Source: Ilumatobacteraceae bacterium (GTDB lineage: Bacteria; Actinomycetota; Acidimicrobiia; Acidimicrobiales; Ilumatobacteraceae). Taken from it: a stretch of 64,000 nt of DNA. The stretch lies in contig CAVQTE010000017.1 of assembly GCA_963716235.1 (NCBI GenBank), positions 26,295 through 90,294 of the forward strand, given 5' to 3'. Positions 8,344 through 16,970 of this stretch are shown here, piece by piece. A program made the position numbers and the translations under genes. The notes beneath the pieces are model-generated. The model saw nothing but the letters and a program-made list of their open reading frames with translations. It was not told the DNA's origin and did no database searches. Every line of letters begins with the position of its first letter. Position 1 is the stretch's first letter.

Positions 8344-10929
8344 TCACGCGAGTCTTCGGACGCGTCGGCCGGCCAACACGTCGCCGGCCCAGATGGCCAC
8401 GGCGGCGCGATCGATCTTCGCGTTGTGGCGGATGTCGACAGGAAGCGACGGCACGGTCAACACGGCGGCGACCGGACGGCCGACAACCGAGCGCACCCCG
8501 GCGGCGACGTCGGCACCCGCAGGGCCACCGGCCACATCCGGCTCCTCGAGCACGACCACGAGCTGTTGGCTTCCGACGGGTCCCACTCCCACGGCAGCAC
8601 AGCGTGGCACCCCGAGTGCTCGTTCCACCGTTCGTTCGACCGGGACCGGCGTGATCGGGCCGTCGACGCCCTGAATCACGTGCACCGCCCGACCCTCGAC
8701 CCACAGTCGACCGTCGGCGTCGACGTGACCGACGTCGCCCGAGCGATGCCACTCCCCCGAGCCCGGCCGGGCCGCGCGCTGCGTGGCCCACAGCCCGAGA
8801 TACCCCTCCGACACCCACGGGGCACGGATCAGGATCTCCCCCATCAGACCGCCGGCGACCGCTTCGGGCAATTCGTCAGGGTCGAAGTCGAGCGGCACGA
8901 TGCGAACCTGTGCGCCCGAAACCGGGTGGCCCACGCACACCCCGCCGTCCGGATCAGCTGCCTCGGCGGCGACGATCTCGCGAAGTTCGACATCGGCGAC
9001 CGGCAACACCTCGGTCATGCCGTACGGCGTGTGCAGCGTGGCATTCGGGGCAAGCCCGGCAACGGCGTGGAGTGTCTCGGACGGGACCGGAGCGCCGGCA
9101 GAGAACACGACGCGCAGTGCCTCGAGGCCCGCCCACGACAACCCATCGGCCGTCGTCACGACGTTGGCGAGCGCCGACGGCGACGCGAATGCCAGCGTCG
9201 CTCCGATCCGAGTGCAGGCCTCGTCGAGCGCCGCAGCCGTCAGTTCAGCAGGCTTCGTGACATCGCAGTTCGGCAGCGCGGTCGGAATGCCGAGCGCCGG
9301 ACCGTAGAGCGCGAACGGAGCGAAGGCCGCCACCAGCCGGTCGCCCGAGGTGATCGAGTACGTCGCAGCCAGTGCGTCACGCTGGGCGACGAGTTGGCGA
9401 TGGAGGTACTGCACGCCCTTGGCCGGGCCGGTTGCCCCCGATGTGAAGAGCACCGCGGCCAGATCATCGCCCGATGGTTGCGGCGGCAGTTCACCCGACG
9501 TCGCTCGGACGAGCTCGGCGACGTCGAGCCGAGTGGCCCGCGGCGCCCAGCGCAGCGCCGTCGACGCGGCCAATGCTCGTTTCGGGCCGATGACCCACGA
9601 CGGGCGAGTCGAGCGGACTGCTCGACCGAGCCCCTTCAGCCCGAGCCCACGATCGGCGATCACCGTCACGCCACCGGCGCGCCACACGCCGTACACCGCA
9701 GCAACGAGATCGACACCGGGCGGCGTGAGCATGGCCACGCGGTCACCGCGCCGCATCCCCCGTCGGACGAGCTCGACGGCGACACCTTCGACCCGCTGCG
9801 CCAATTCGGCGAACGTGATCGAATCGCCTGTAGCGAGATCGACGAACGCCTCGCGCTGATCGTCGCGTCCGGACAGGATCGTCGACCACACCGAATCTTC
9901 AGCCGTCGACTCGTCGTGCGCAGCACCGTGCTCGCCGACCGCGCGAGCCGACGTCAGCCGCCCGTCGAACAGGTCATCGAGCCACGCGTCGACGACGCCT
10001 GCGACATCTTCTTCGGCCATCACGAGGTGGTTCGCCTTCGCAAATCGATGCATCGTGGTGTTCGGGAGTCGCGCGGCCAGGTCGGCGGCGAAGTCGTCGT
10101 TGAACACCGGGTCCTTCGAACCCCAGGCCAACAGCACCGGGGCCCGCACACTCCCGAGCCGCTCGGCCACCTCGGCGATCGCCATCTCGGACGGATGTCC
10201 GGGGCTCAACGGAATGTCGTCGACGAAGTCGGCAATCGCGGCACGCGATGGCGCAGTCGGGTACGGAGCCCTGAACGCTTCGCGATCGACCTTCGAGATC
10301 CTGCCGCGCGACAGCCGCGACGTGCCCTCGACGAAGATCGGCGTGCCCCGACACACGAAGTCGAGAATCGGCGCCCACGCAGCGAGGCGAATGATCGACG
10401 GCGCCTTGCGTCCCTCGGGAACGGCGATGCCCGTGTTGCACAGGATCATGCCTGCGATCTGACGCGGGTCCTGAACGACCCAACCCATGGCGATCGCTCC
10501 ACCCCAGTCGTGGGCCGCGACGACGAGCGGCGCTGACCCCGGGAGCCCGAGCGCGAGGATCACGTCATCGAGATCGCGCACCCGATCGGCGTAGCGGCGT
10601 CGCCCGACGCGTTCGCTGAAGCCCATACCGAGCTGGTCGACGGCGATCACGCGGTAGCGGCCGTGCAAGCGGCGCAGGAACGTCGCCCAGGCGTACCCCC
10701 ACGTCGGATTGCCGTGAACACACAGCACCGTCGGAGTCGACGATGCGTCAGCACCATCGGGAACGCCGGTGTCGAGCACGTGCCAGCGGTGTGTGCCGCC
10801 GGTGTGGCTGACGACGTCGACGAATCTCGACCACTGCGGCTCGAGATCCCAGCGGCGCCAATCACCCTCTGTCGGTGGCTGCGGCAACCAGGAAGGTTCG
10901 GCCCCGGCAGTGTCGAACCCCCGGGTCAC
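8344..10929 (-). CDS. oleBC: OleB-OleC fusion: alpha/beta-hydrolase (beta-lactone decarboxylase) + AMP-dependent beta-lactone synthetase
   Basis: The N-terminal domain is haloalkane-dehalogenase-like (VLCVHGNPTWGYAW, AAHDWGG). The C-terminal domain is an adenylate-forming enzyme (LFTSGATGPAKGV, TEV, GDVG). GTG 10929 overlaps the oleA stop (GTGA). Confidence 0.8.
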   Translation of the reverse strand: MTRGFDTAGAEPSWLPQPPTEGDWRRWDLEPQWSRFVDVVSHTGGTHRWHVLDTGVPDGADASSTPTVLCVHGNPTWGYAWATFLRRLHGRYRVIAVDQLGMGFSERVGRRRYADRVRDLDDVILALGLPGSAPLVVAAHDWGGAIAMGWVVQDPRQIAGMILCNTGIAVPEGRKAPSIIRLAAWAPILDFVCRGTPIFVEGTSRLSRGRISKVDREAFRAPYPTAPSRAAIADFVDDIPLSPGHPSEMAIAEVAERLGSVRAPVLLAWGSKDPVFNDDFAADLAARLPNTTMHRFAKANHLVMAEEDVAGVVDAWLDDLFDGRLTSARAVGEHGAAHDESTAEDSVWSTILSGRDDQREAFVDLATGDSITFAELAQRVEGVAVELVRRGMRRGDRVAMLTPPGVDLVAAVYGVWRAGGVTVIADRGLGLKGLGRAVRSTRPSWVIGPKRALAASTALRWAPRATRLDVAELVRATSGELPPQPSGDDLAAVLFTSGATGPAKGVQYLHRQLVAQRDALAATYSITSGDRLVAAFAPFALYGPALGIPTALPNCDVTKPAELTAAALDEACTRIGATLAFASPSALANVVTTADGLSWAGLEALRVVFSAGAPVPSETLHAVAGLAPNATLHTPYGMTEVLPVADVELREIVAAEAADPDGGVCVGHPVSGAQVRIVPLDFDPDELPEAVAGGLMGEILIRAPWVSEGYLGLWATQRAARPGSGEWHRSGDVGHVDADGRLWVEGRAVHVIQGVDGPITPVPVERTVERALGVPRCAAVGVGPVGSQQLVVVLEEPDVAGGPAGADVAAGVRSVVGRPVAAVLTVPSLPVDIRHNAKIDRAAVAIWAGDVLAGRRVRRLA

Positions 10930-11951
10930 CAGACGATTTCGGTGAAGCTGGTGTTCAGGCCGGAACCGATCCCCATGCAGAGCACGCGGTCGCCGACCTC
11001 GATCCGATCGGCGACGCTCGCGAGCGTGATCGGGATGGCCGCCGGCCCGACGTTGCCGAACTGCGGGAACGTGAGTGGCGCCTTGTCGGGGTCGATGCCC
11101 AGACGTTCGGTCATCAGCCGGGTGTGCACCTGGCTGACCTGGTGAATGATGTACCAGTCCATGCCGACCTCCCAGTCGAAGTGGTGCCCGGAATGCTTCC
11201 AGGCCGCCTCCCCGACATCGAGACCTGCAACCAGCAACCCGTGCGTGTCGGTGGCCATCCGTTCGAGGTCGCCGACGCACAACTCGTGGTGCTGGGTGGC
11301 CGCTCGGGCGACACCGCCGACGAGGCGGTGCGCCTCGGGATGTTCGTCGAGCCGACACAGCACTGCGGCCGCAGCGCCTGATCCGAGTGTGAGCGACGCG
11401 AACTCGGCGAACACGTCAGCAGCCTCGATGTTCGGCTGCTGCAGGCGAGCAATGGTGTTCTGTTGGATGTAGCGGCTGCCTTCGCCGTCGACGATCAGCG
11501 CGTAGTCGATCGCTCCGACATCGATCGCGTTGGCGGCGATCTGCATTCCGTTGATGAACCCGAGGCAGGCGTTGCCGACATCGAAGTTGAGACAACTCGG
11601 AGCGAGCTGGAGCTGGTGATGCACTGAGCATGCGACCGACGGCTCGAGATGGTGCTTGCAGACCGACGTGGAGATGAGCATCCCGACGCGGCTTGGATCG
11701 ATACCTGACGCATCGAGAGCGGCCCGACCCGCCAGCGCAGCCGCCTGGTCGAACGTCACGCCCTCGGGCCACCACCGACGAGCTTCGATGCCTGCGAGTT
11801 CGGTCAGCGTTCCGGCTTTGAGGCCCGTGCGTTCGTAGGTTTCCGCAAGCTGTTCATCGATCCACGCCGACGTGACGATCTCGGGTGCTTCCACTGCTTC
11901 GACCGACAGGACACCGACGTTGCGGTGGGTCATCACGGAGTTCTCGGTCAT
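10926..11951 (-). CDS. oleA: FabH-like thiolase OleA (head-to-head Claisen condensation)
   Basis: The start MTENSVMTHRNVGVLS is at ATG 11951. The protein has the KAS III fold with active-site context DVGNACLGF, and the C-terminal block GIGSGLN. Confidence 0.8.
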   Translation of the reverse strand: MTENSVMTHRNVGVLSVEAVEAPEIVTSAWIDEQLAETYERTGLKAGTLTELAGIEARRWWPEGVTFDQAAALAGRAALDASGIDPSRVGMLISTSVCKHHLEPSVACSVHHQLQLAPSCLNFDVGNACLGFINGMQIAANAIDVGAIDYALIVDGEGSRYIQQNTIARLQQPNIEAADVFAEFASLTLGSGAAAAVLCRLDEHPEAHRLVGGVARAATQHHELCVGDLERMATDTHGLLVAGLDVGEAAWKHSGHHFDWEVGMDWYIIHQVSQVHTRLMTERLGIDPDKAPLTFPQFGNVGPAAIPITLASVADRIEVGDRVLCMGIGSGLNTSFTEIVW

Positions 11952-12077
11952 CAGCGGTCCTTTCCCATGGTCCGGGAAGCCTACGCCATTACCGGTCCCC
12001 GGCTGGGTCGTCACGCAACGGAATCGGTCCAGTAGGTTCGTCGAACTGATCGAATCACGACCAAGGGGGGCAGGGAA

Positions 12078-12977
12078 ATGGAACTCGGACCAGGCAAGGT
12101 GGCCGTCGTCACGGGGGGTGGCAGCGGGATCGGTTTGGCACTCGCCAATGCGCTTGCGGCGGCGGGTTGTTCGGTGGTTCTCGCCGACGTACAGCAGGAC
12201 GCGCTCGCAGCAGCGGCAGCCGAGGTCGGTGCACACGGAGTCGACGTGCTGACGATCGTGACCGATGTCAGCAAGGCTGACCAGGTCGACGCGCTCGCCG
12301 CCGCGACCATGGAGCGGTTCGGTGCGGTTCACGTCGTGTGCAACAACGCGGGGGTCGGCGGCGCCGGCGATCCTTGGCTCGGCCCGATCGAGACCTGGGA
12401 ATGGGTGATGGGCGTCAACTTCTGGGGCGTGGTGCACGGTGTTCGTGCATTTCTGCCCCATCTCGTCATGTCGGGCGGCGGCCACATCGTCAACACTGCG
12501 TCGATCGCCGGGCTCTACCCCGGATTCGCAGCGCCGTACGACGCCAGCAAGCACGCAGTCGTTGCCATCACGGAGGGGCTCTACCACTCGATGCAGGCGG
12601 CCGGGATGCCGATCGGGGTCAGCTGCCTGTGCCCCGGCTGGGTGAAGACCGGCATCATGGAGTCCGAACGGAACTGGCCGAGTGAACTGGGCGATCTCCC
12701 CGAGACCACCCCTGGCGGCGAGATCACCTCGAACTACGTGAAACGGGCGATCGCCGAGGGCATGCAGCCGGGAGCCGTTGCCGACCTCGTCGCCGACGCG
12801 GTCCGGTCCGATCGCTTCTGGGTCTTCCCGCACACCGACTTCCTCGAGATCGCTCTCGAGCGGTTCCACAGCATCGGCGAACAGCTGAACCCGTCACAAC
12901 CGGAAGAGTTCCCCGGCATGCCACCTCGCTCGCAGATGATGAGCGAAGTGATGGCTGCCATGATGCCGCCAACCTGA
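12078..12977 (+). CDS. SDR family oxidoreductase
   Basis: 299 aa with the Rossmann motif VVTGGGSGIG, NNAG and a YDASK catalytic motif. Confidence 0.85.
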   Translation: MELGPGKVAVVTGGGSGIGLALANALAAAGCSVVLADVQQDALAAAAAEVGAHGVDVLTIVTDVSKADQVDALAAATMERFGAVHVVCNNAGVGGAGDPWLGPIETWEWVMGVNFWGVVHGVRAFLPHLVMSGGGHIVNTASIAGLYPGFAAPYDASKHAVVAITEGLYHSMQAAGMPIGVSCLCPGWVKTGIMESERNWPSELGDLPETTPGGEITSNYVKRAIAEGMQPGAVADLVADAVRSDRFWVFPHTDFLEIALERFHSIGEQLNPSQPEEFPGMPPRSQMMSEVMAAMMPPT

Positions 12978-12991
12978 TCCGGTCAACCAGG

Positions 12992-13984
12992 TCAGAGGCG
13001 ATACGTCCGAGCTGCGGTGCCGCGCAACATGGCGTCGCGCTCGTCGGGCGAGAAGTCGGCGATCATCTTCTTGAAGGCGTTCCACAGCACGCGGTACGAC
13101 AGCGAGAACCGGTCGACGGGGAAGTTCGATTCGAACATGCATCGACTCGGTCCGAACTGCTCGATCGTGTGCACGTAGTAACGCCGTTGCGCGGCGACGA
13201 ACTCGTCCGAGGTCGCAGGTCGCTCGGCGGTGTGCCACCCGAACCCGTTGTCGGGCATGGCCAGCCCCCCGATCTTGGCGACCACGTTGTCGCACGCGGC
13301 GATCGCGGCGATGTCGGCAGTCCACTGGCCGAAGATCTGCTCGCGCTGAGATGCGTACGGCCCCACGCCGAGCGGTGTGCCGAAGTGATCGAGCACGATG
13401 GTGGTGCCGGGGACGGCGCGAGCCAGGTCGGCGAAGTCCTGGTTCTGATAGTGGTAGTGCCACGTGTCGTAGGTGAGCCCCCGCTCCCCCAGCCTGGCGA
13501 CACCGGCACGAAACGCTGGGTCGGCGTAGAGCCCCACCGGCGCCCGACCTGGAATCATGAGCACCTCGGGATGCAGCGCGTGAGAACCCGCATGTCGGAT
13601 GCCGCGCAACCGGCCGTGTGCAGCGGTCTCGTGAGCGTCGAGGACAGCATCGAGATGTTCCGCGTCGGTGAGATCGGCGTGGGCGACGATGCCACCCATC
13701 ACCTGGCGCGGTGCCCGCTCCGCCTCGGCGGTGACGAACTCCGTCTCCCCGACCGGCGATGCGCCGTCACCCGAGCCCCGGTCGTACGCGGCGCCACACT
13801 CGACGAAGACCGTGTCGACGACCCGATGCCCGCTCGCGAGGTCGGCGAGCAGGTCGGCGAGTACGTACGGAATCCCCTCGCCCTCGGGCCAGAGGTGGTG
13901 GTGCGGGTCGATGATCGGCGCATCGGGATCGACGACGTCCTCGACGACCGAGTCCAACCATTCCTGACTGCCGGGGGTGCTCAT
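12992..13984 (-). CDS. Amidohydrolase-2 family metal-dependent hydrolase
   Basis: 330 aa with the N-terminal metal motif IIDPHHHLW, plus VLDHFG and a late FESNFPVD block. Confidence 0.85.
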   Translation of the reverse strand: MSTPGSQEWLDSVVEDVVDPDAPIIDPHHHLWPEGEGIPYVLADLLADLASGHRVVDTVFVECGAAYDRGSGDGASPVGETEFVTAEAERAPRQVMGGIVAHADLTDAEHLDAVLDAHETAAHGRLRGIRHAGSHALHPEVLMIPGRAPVGLYADPAFRAGVARLGERGLTYDTWHYHYQNQDFADLARAVPGTTIVLDHFGTPLGVGPYASQREQIFGQWTADIAAIAACDNVVAKIGGLAMPDNGFGWHTAERPATSDEFVAAQRRYYVHTIEQFGPSRCMFESNFPVDRFSLSYRVLWNAFKKMIADFSPDERDAMLRGTAARTYRL

Positions 13985-14044
13985 CGGCTACGAACATAGT
14001 CCCGGTCGACACGTGCGAGTCCTGCCGGGACTACGGTTCGACCG

Positions 14045-14485
14045 GTGGACGCGCCGTTCGACATCGCCTCGCTCGTCGGGCATCGATTCCCGGGTGGAGT
14101 TCGCACCATCGAACACTGGGAGAACTTCCTCCTGACCGATTGCACGGGATGCGACCAGCTCACCGACGACCTCGTCCACCCCATTGCGCTGTTCCACGTA
14201 CCGCTCCAGGGATCGGGGACCTCCATCGCCGAACTGTTCGAGCTCGGACGCGCCGCGGGCGCCGGGTCGGTTGGGCTCGAGGGATACGACTGGCAGTACT
14301 TCCGTCCGCTCCGCGAGGGCGTGCCCTACGACACGCAGGGAGGCATCGTGTCGGCCGAGTCGCGAACGACACAAGCCGGGCGCCGCTACGACCGTGTGGC
14401 CTTCAGCATCGAACTCACCGAGCCTGATGGCGAACTCGCTGCGCGGGTGACCAACACGTGGCGGTTCTACAGGGCGGACACATGA
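14045..14485 (+). CDS. Hotdog-fold (MaoC/FAS1 dehydratase N-terminal-like) protein
   Basis: 146 aa with a GTG start. Its stop overlaps the start of the next hotdog gene (ATGA at 14482-14485), a layout seen in heterodimeric enoyl-CoA hydratases such as ChsH1/ChsH2 or HadAB. Confidence 0.65.
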   Translation: MDAPFDIASLVGHRFPGGVRTIEHWENFLLTDCTGCDQLTDDLVHPIALFHVPLQGSGTSIAELFELGRAAGAGSVGLEGYDWQYFRPLREGVPYDTQGGIVSAESRTTQAGRRYDRVAFSIELTEPDGELAARVTNTWRFYRADT

Positions 14486-14892
14486 CTGCCGTCGGTGACT
14501 CGATTCCGCCCTGGACCATGGCGGTGGTCGATCCGCAACGGATGAAGACGATGGCCGCCATCCTGCGCGATCCCTATCCGGTCCACTGGGATCGCGACGC
14601 GACCACGGCCATGGGCCTCGATGGCAAGGTCATCAACCAGGGCCCGCTCAATCTGTCCTACATCGCCAACATGTTGATGGCGTGGCAGGGAGAGCAGAGC
14701 ATTCGCCGTCTCAGCGTCGGCTTCGGCAGTCCCGTCCTCGACGGCGATCACGTCACTGCCCATGGAACCGTGACGTCGATCGACGTCGTCGGAGACGAAC
14801 AGCACGCCACATGCGCCGTCTGGCTCGAACGTGACGGTGAACAGGTCGTCACCGGTACGGCAGTGGTCGCGCTCAGCGGACCCGTCGGCTAG
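14482..14892 (+). CDS. MaoC-like dehydratase (hotdog fold)
   Basis: Starts MTAVGDSIPPW. Contains a YPVHWD-type MaoC motif (DPYPVHWDRD) and GPLNLSYI. Confidence 0.75.
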   Translation: MTAVGDSIPPWTMAVVDPQRMKTMAAILRDPYPVHWDRDATTAMGLDGKVINQGPLNLSYIANMLMAWQGEQSIRRLSVGFGSPVLDGDHVTAHGTVTSIDVVGDEQHATCAVWLERDGEQVVTGTAVVALSGPVG

Positions 14893-14896
14893 CGCC

Positions 14897-15667
14897 ATGG
14901 GATACCTGGCAGGACGTGTTGTCATCGTCACCGGGGCAGCGCGTGGTCTCGGCCGCGCCTTCGCGGAACGGCTCGTCGCCGAGGGTTGCCCTGTCGTCGT
15001 CACCGATCGCGACGATTCGATCTTCGAGACGGCCGCTGCGATCGGCGCAACGGGGCATCTCGGCGATGTCGCGGATGCTGCGCACGTGCGCTGCGTCGTC
15101 GACGCCACGGTCGCCGAGCATGGAACGATCGACGTCCTCATCAGCAATGCGGGCGAGGTCATGGCGTCCGGACCTCGCGACGACTGGGATGCTGCAGCGC
15201 GCGACTTCGACCGCTTGTTCGGCTCCAACACGAAGGGCGCGTTCCTCTTCGGACGAGCGGTCGCGCCGATCATGATCGCGAACGGCGGTGGGAACATCGT
15301 CAACATCTCGACCGACCACGTCAAGCCGTGCCCCGACTGCCATCCCCACCACGGCCACGGCTCGATGGACCTCTACAACGCGTCGAAGTGGGCGCTCAAC
15401 GGTCTCACCTTCGACTGGGCGAAGTCACTCGCCCGCCACCACGTCCGCGTGAACAACATCTGCATGGGCGCCACCGACACTGCGATGCTTCGCGGCTGGC
15501 TCGGATCCGAACCCGACCCCGACTTCCTGGCCACGTGGATGCAACCGGCGCAGGTGGCGCAGGTCCTCGTCGACCTGCTCGAGGAGGGACCCGAGGGCCG
15601 CACCGGCAACAACGTCGGCCTGTACGCCGGCCACGACTGCGTGCTCCCACCCCCCGACACCCTGTAA
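14897..15667 (+). CDS. SDR family oxidoreductase with Cys/His-rich insertion
   Basis: The start MGYLAGRVVIVTGAARGLG is at ATG 14897. The catalytic motif is YNASK, with a CPDCHPHHGH insertion just upstream of it. Confidence 0.85.
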   Translation: MGYLAGRVVIVTGAARGLGRAFAERLVAEGCPVVVTDRDDSIFETAAAIGATGHLGDVADAAHVRCVVDATVAEHGTIDVLISNAGEVMASGPRDDWDAAARDFDRLFGSNTKGAFLFGRAVAPIMIANGGGNIVNISTDHVKPCPDCHPHHGHGSMDLYNASKWALNGLTFDWAKSLARHHVRVNNICMGATDTAMLRGWLGSEPDPDFLATWMQPAQVAQVLVDLLEEGPEGRTGNNVGLYAGHDCVLPPPDTL

Positions 15668-15677
15668 CCCCGACCGG

Positions 15678-16970
15678 TCAGAACTCGACGGGGAGGCGCC
15701 AGCAGGTGAACATCTCGCCGAGTCGGAGTGAACGCATCACCGGTTCGGCTCCCGACCTCAGCCGGATGTCGGGGCGGGCATCGAGCAGCATCCGCGACGC
15801 GTGCACCGCCACATCGCGGACGAGCGCATAGTTCGAGCGAGGGCGGTCCTTCGGCATGGCCGGATGCACCGACGGCCGGCCGAGGCCGAAGGCGATGCCG
15901 GACGCGAGGCCATCGGCCCGGTACTGGCCGCGCGGCTCGCGTTGACACAGGTCGCTGCGCTCGACGACGAACGCCTCCGGATCGTGGAACACGCGGGGAT
16001 CGCGGTTCGCGGCCGCTGCGGAGCACGTGAGGAGGGCTCCGTCGGGAAGCAGGCGGCCGAATCGCTCGACTTCGTGGCGAGCGAAGCGCGACGCACTGTG
16101 TACCGGCGGGCTGTGCCGCAGGGTTTCGAGCCATGCGAACTTGACGAGGCGTCGATCGTGTCGGACGGTCTCGAGTTGCTCCGGGTTGGTCAACAGCTGG
16201 AACCACATGTTGGCGAGGCCACCGTGCAGCGTCTCGTGATCGGCCTCCCAGATGGTCGCGACGATGTCGGCGGCACTGATCGATCCACCGTCGACCTCGA
16301 TGTCGGCCGCCGCACTGATGAGATCGTCGCCGGGGTCGGCGCGCCGCTCGGCGAGCAGCGGCTCGATGTACCGGGAGAGTTCGATCGCCGCCGTGTACCC
16401 GTCTCGCTGCGCACGTGGATCCCAGCCAGCGCCGCGCTGCATCCGCCAGTAACGCGCCGCGAACTCCGGCAGGTCGCCATCGGGCAGATCGAGCACGGCA
16501 CCCCACAACTCGAGTGGCAGCCGCGCTGCGAACGCAGTCGCGAGATCGGGGTCCTCGCCGAGGTCGGCGAGGACCCGTTCGACAATCTGCTCGACGTGCG
16601 CGTCGATGCGATTCGCCCGGGCCCACAGGACCGGGAGTTCGGCACCCAGATCCCGGCCGAATCCCTCCGTCCCCGCGAACCAGCGCTTCGATCGCGTCTC
16701 GTAGTTGGCGTCGTCGGCGAAGACCGATGTGACGTCGTCGTACCGGGTGATCCAGAACCGGTTGCCGACCCAGTCGCGATAGCAGGGATGGTGCTCCCGC
16801 AGAATGGTCAGGAGCCGGTACGGCGAGGTCAGCATCTCGTCGCCGATCAGCTCCCGGGGCGCGAGCAGGTTGGCGGACTCCGCCACCCGTTCGCGTTGGT
16901 ACACCTCGTAGGTACGGTATCCAGCGGTTGGCGCCGGCTCGTCGTCGTGTTCCGCGTACCCGCTCATCAC
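15678..16970 (-). CDS. Cytochrome P450-family protein lacking the heme-ligand cysteine
   Basis: 430 aa with the ExxR motif (ETLRHSPP), an I-helix-like ADHETL and ANRDPRVF. The FxxGxxxCxG loop is replaced by FGLGRPSVHPAMPKDRPRSNYA, which contains no Cys. Confidence 0.8.
   Translation of the reverse strand: MMSGYAEHDDEPAPTAGYRTYEVYQRERVAESANLLAPRELIGDEMLTSPYRLLTILREHHPCYRDWVGNRFWITRYDDVTSVFADDANYETRSKRWFAGTEGFGRDLGAELPVLWARANRIDAHVEQIVERVLADLGEDPDLATAFAARLPLELWGAVLDLPDGDLPEFAARYWRMQRGAGWDPRAQRDGYTAAIELSRYIEPLLAERRADPGDDLISAAADIEVDGGSISAADIVATIWEADHETLHGGLANMWFQLLTNPEQLETVRHDRRLVKFAWLETLRHSPPVHSASRFARHEVERFGRLLPDGALLTCSAAAANRDPRVFHDPEAFVVERSDLCQREPRGQYRADGLASGIAFGLGRPSVHPAMPKDRPRSNYALVRDVAVHASRMLLDARPDIRLRSGAEPVMRSLRLGEMFTCWRLPVEF

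Noticed and set aside
8338-10536. 732-aa plus-strand ORF antisense to oleBC. Similar very long ORFs occur at 45022-47466 (+), 15373-17301 (-), 47695-49185 (+, the upstream part of the dgt ORF), 50587-51963 (+) and 58031-59731 (+).
   Set aside because: Their composition is Arg/Pro/Gly/His-rich and featureless. They lie antisense or out of frame to genes with strong family motifs. This is the typical open-frame artefact of ~70% GC DNA.
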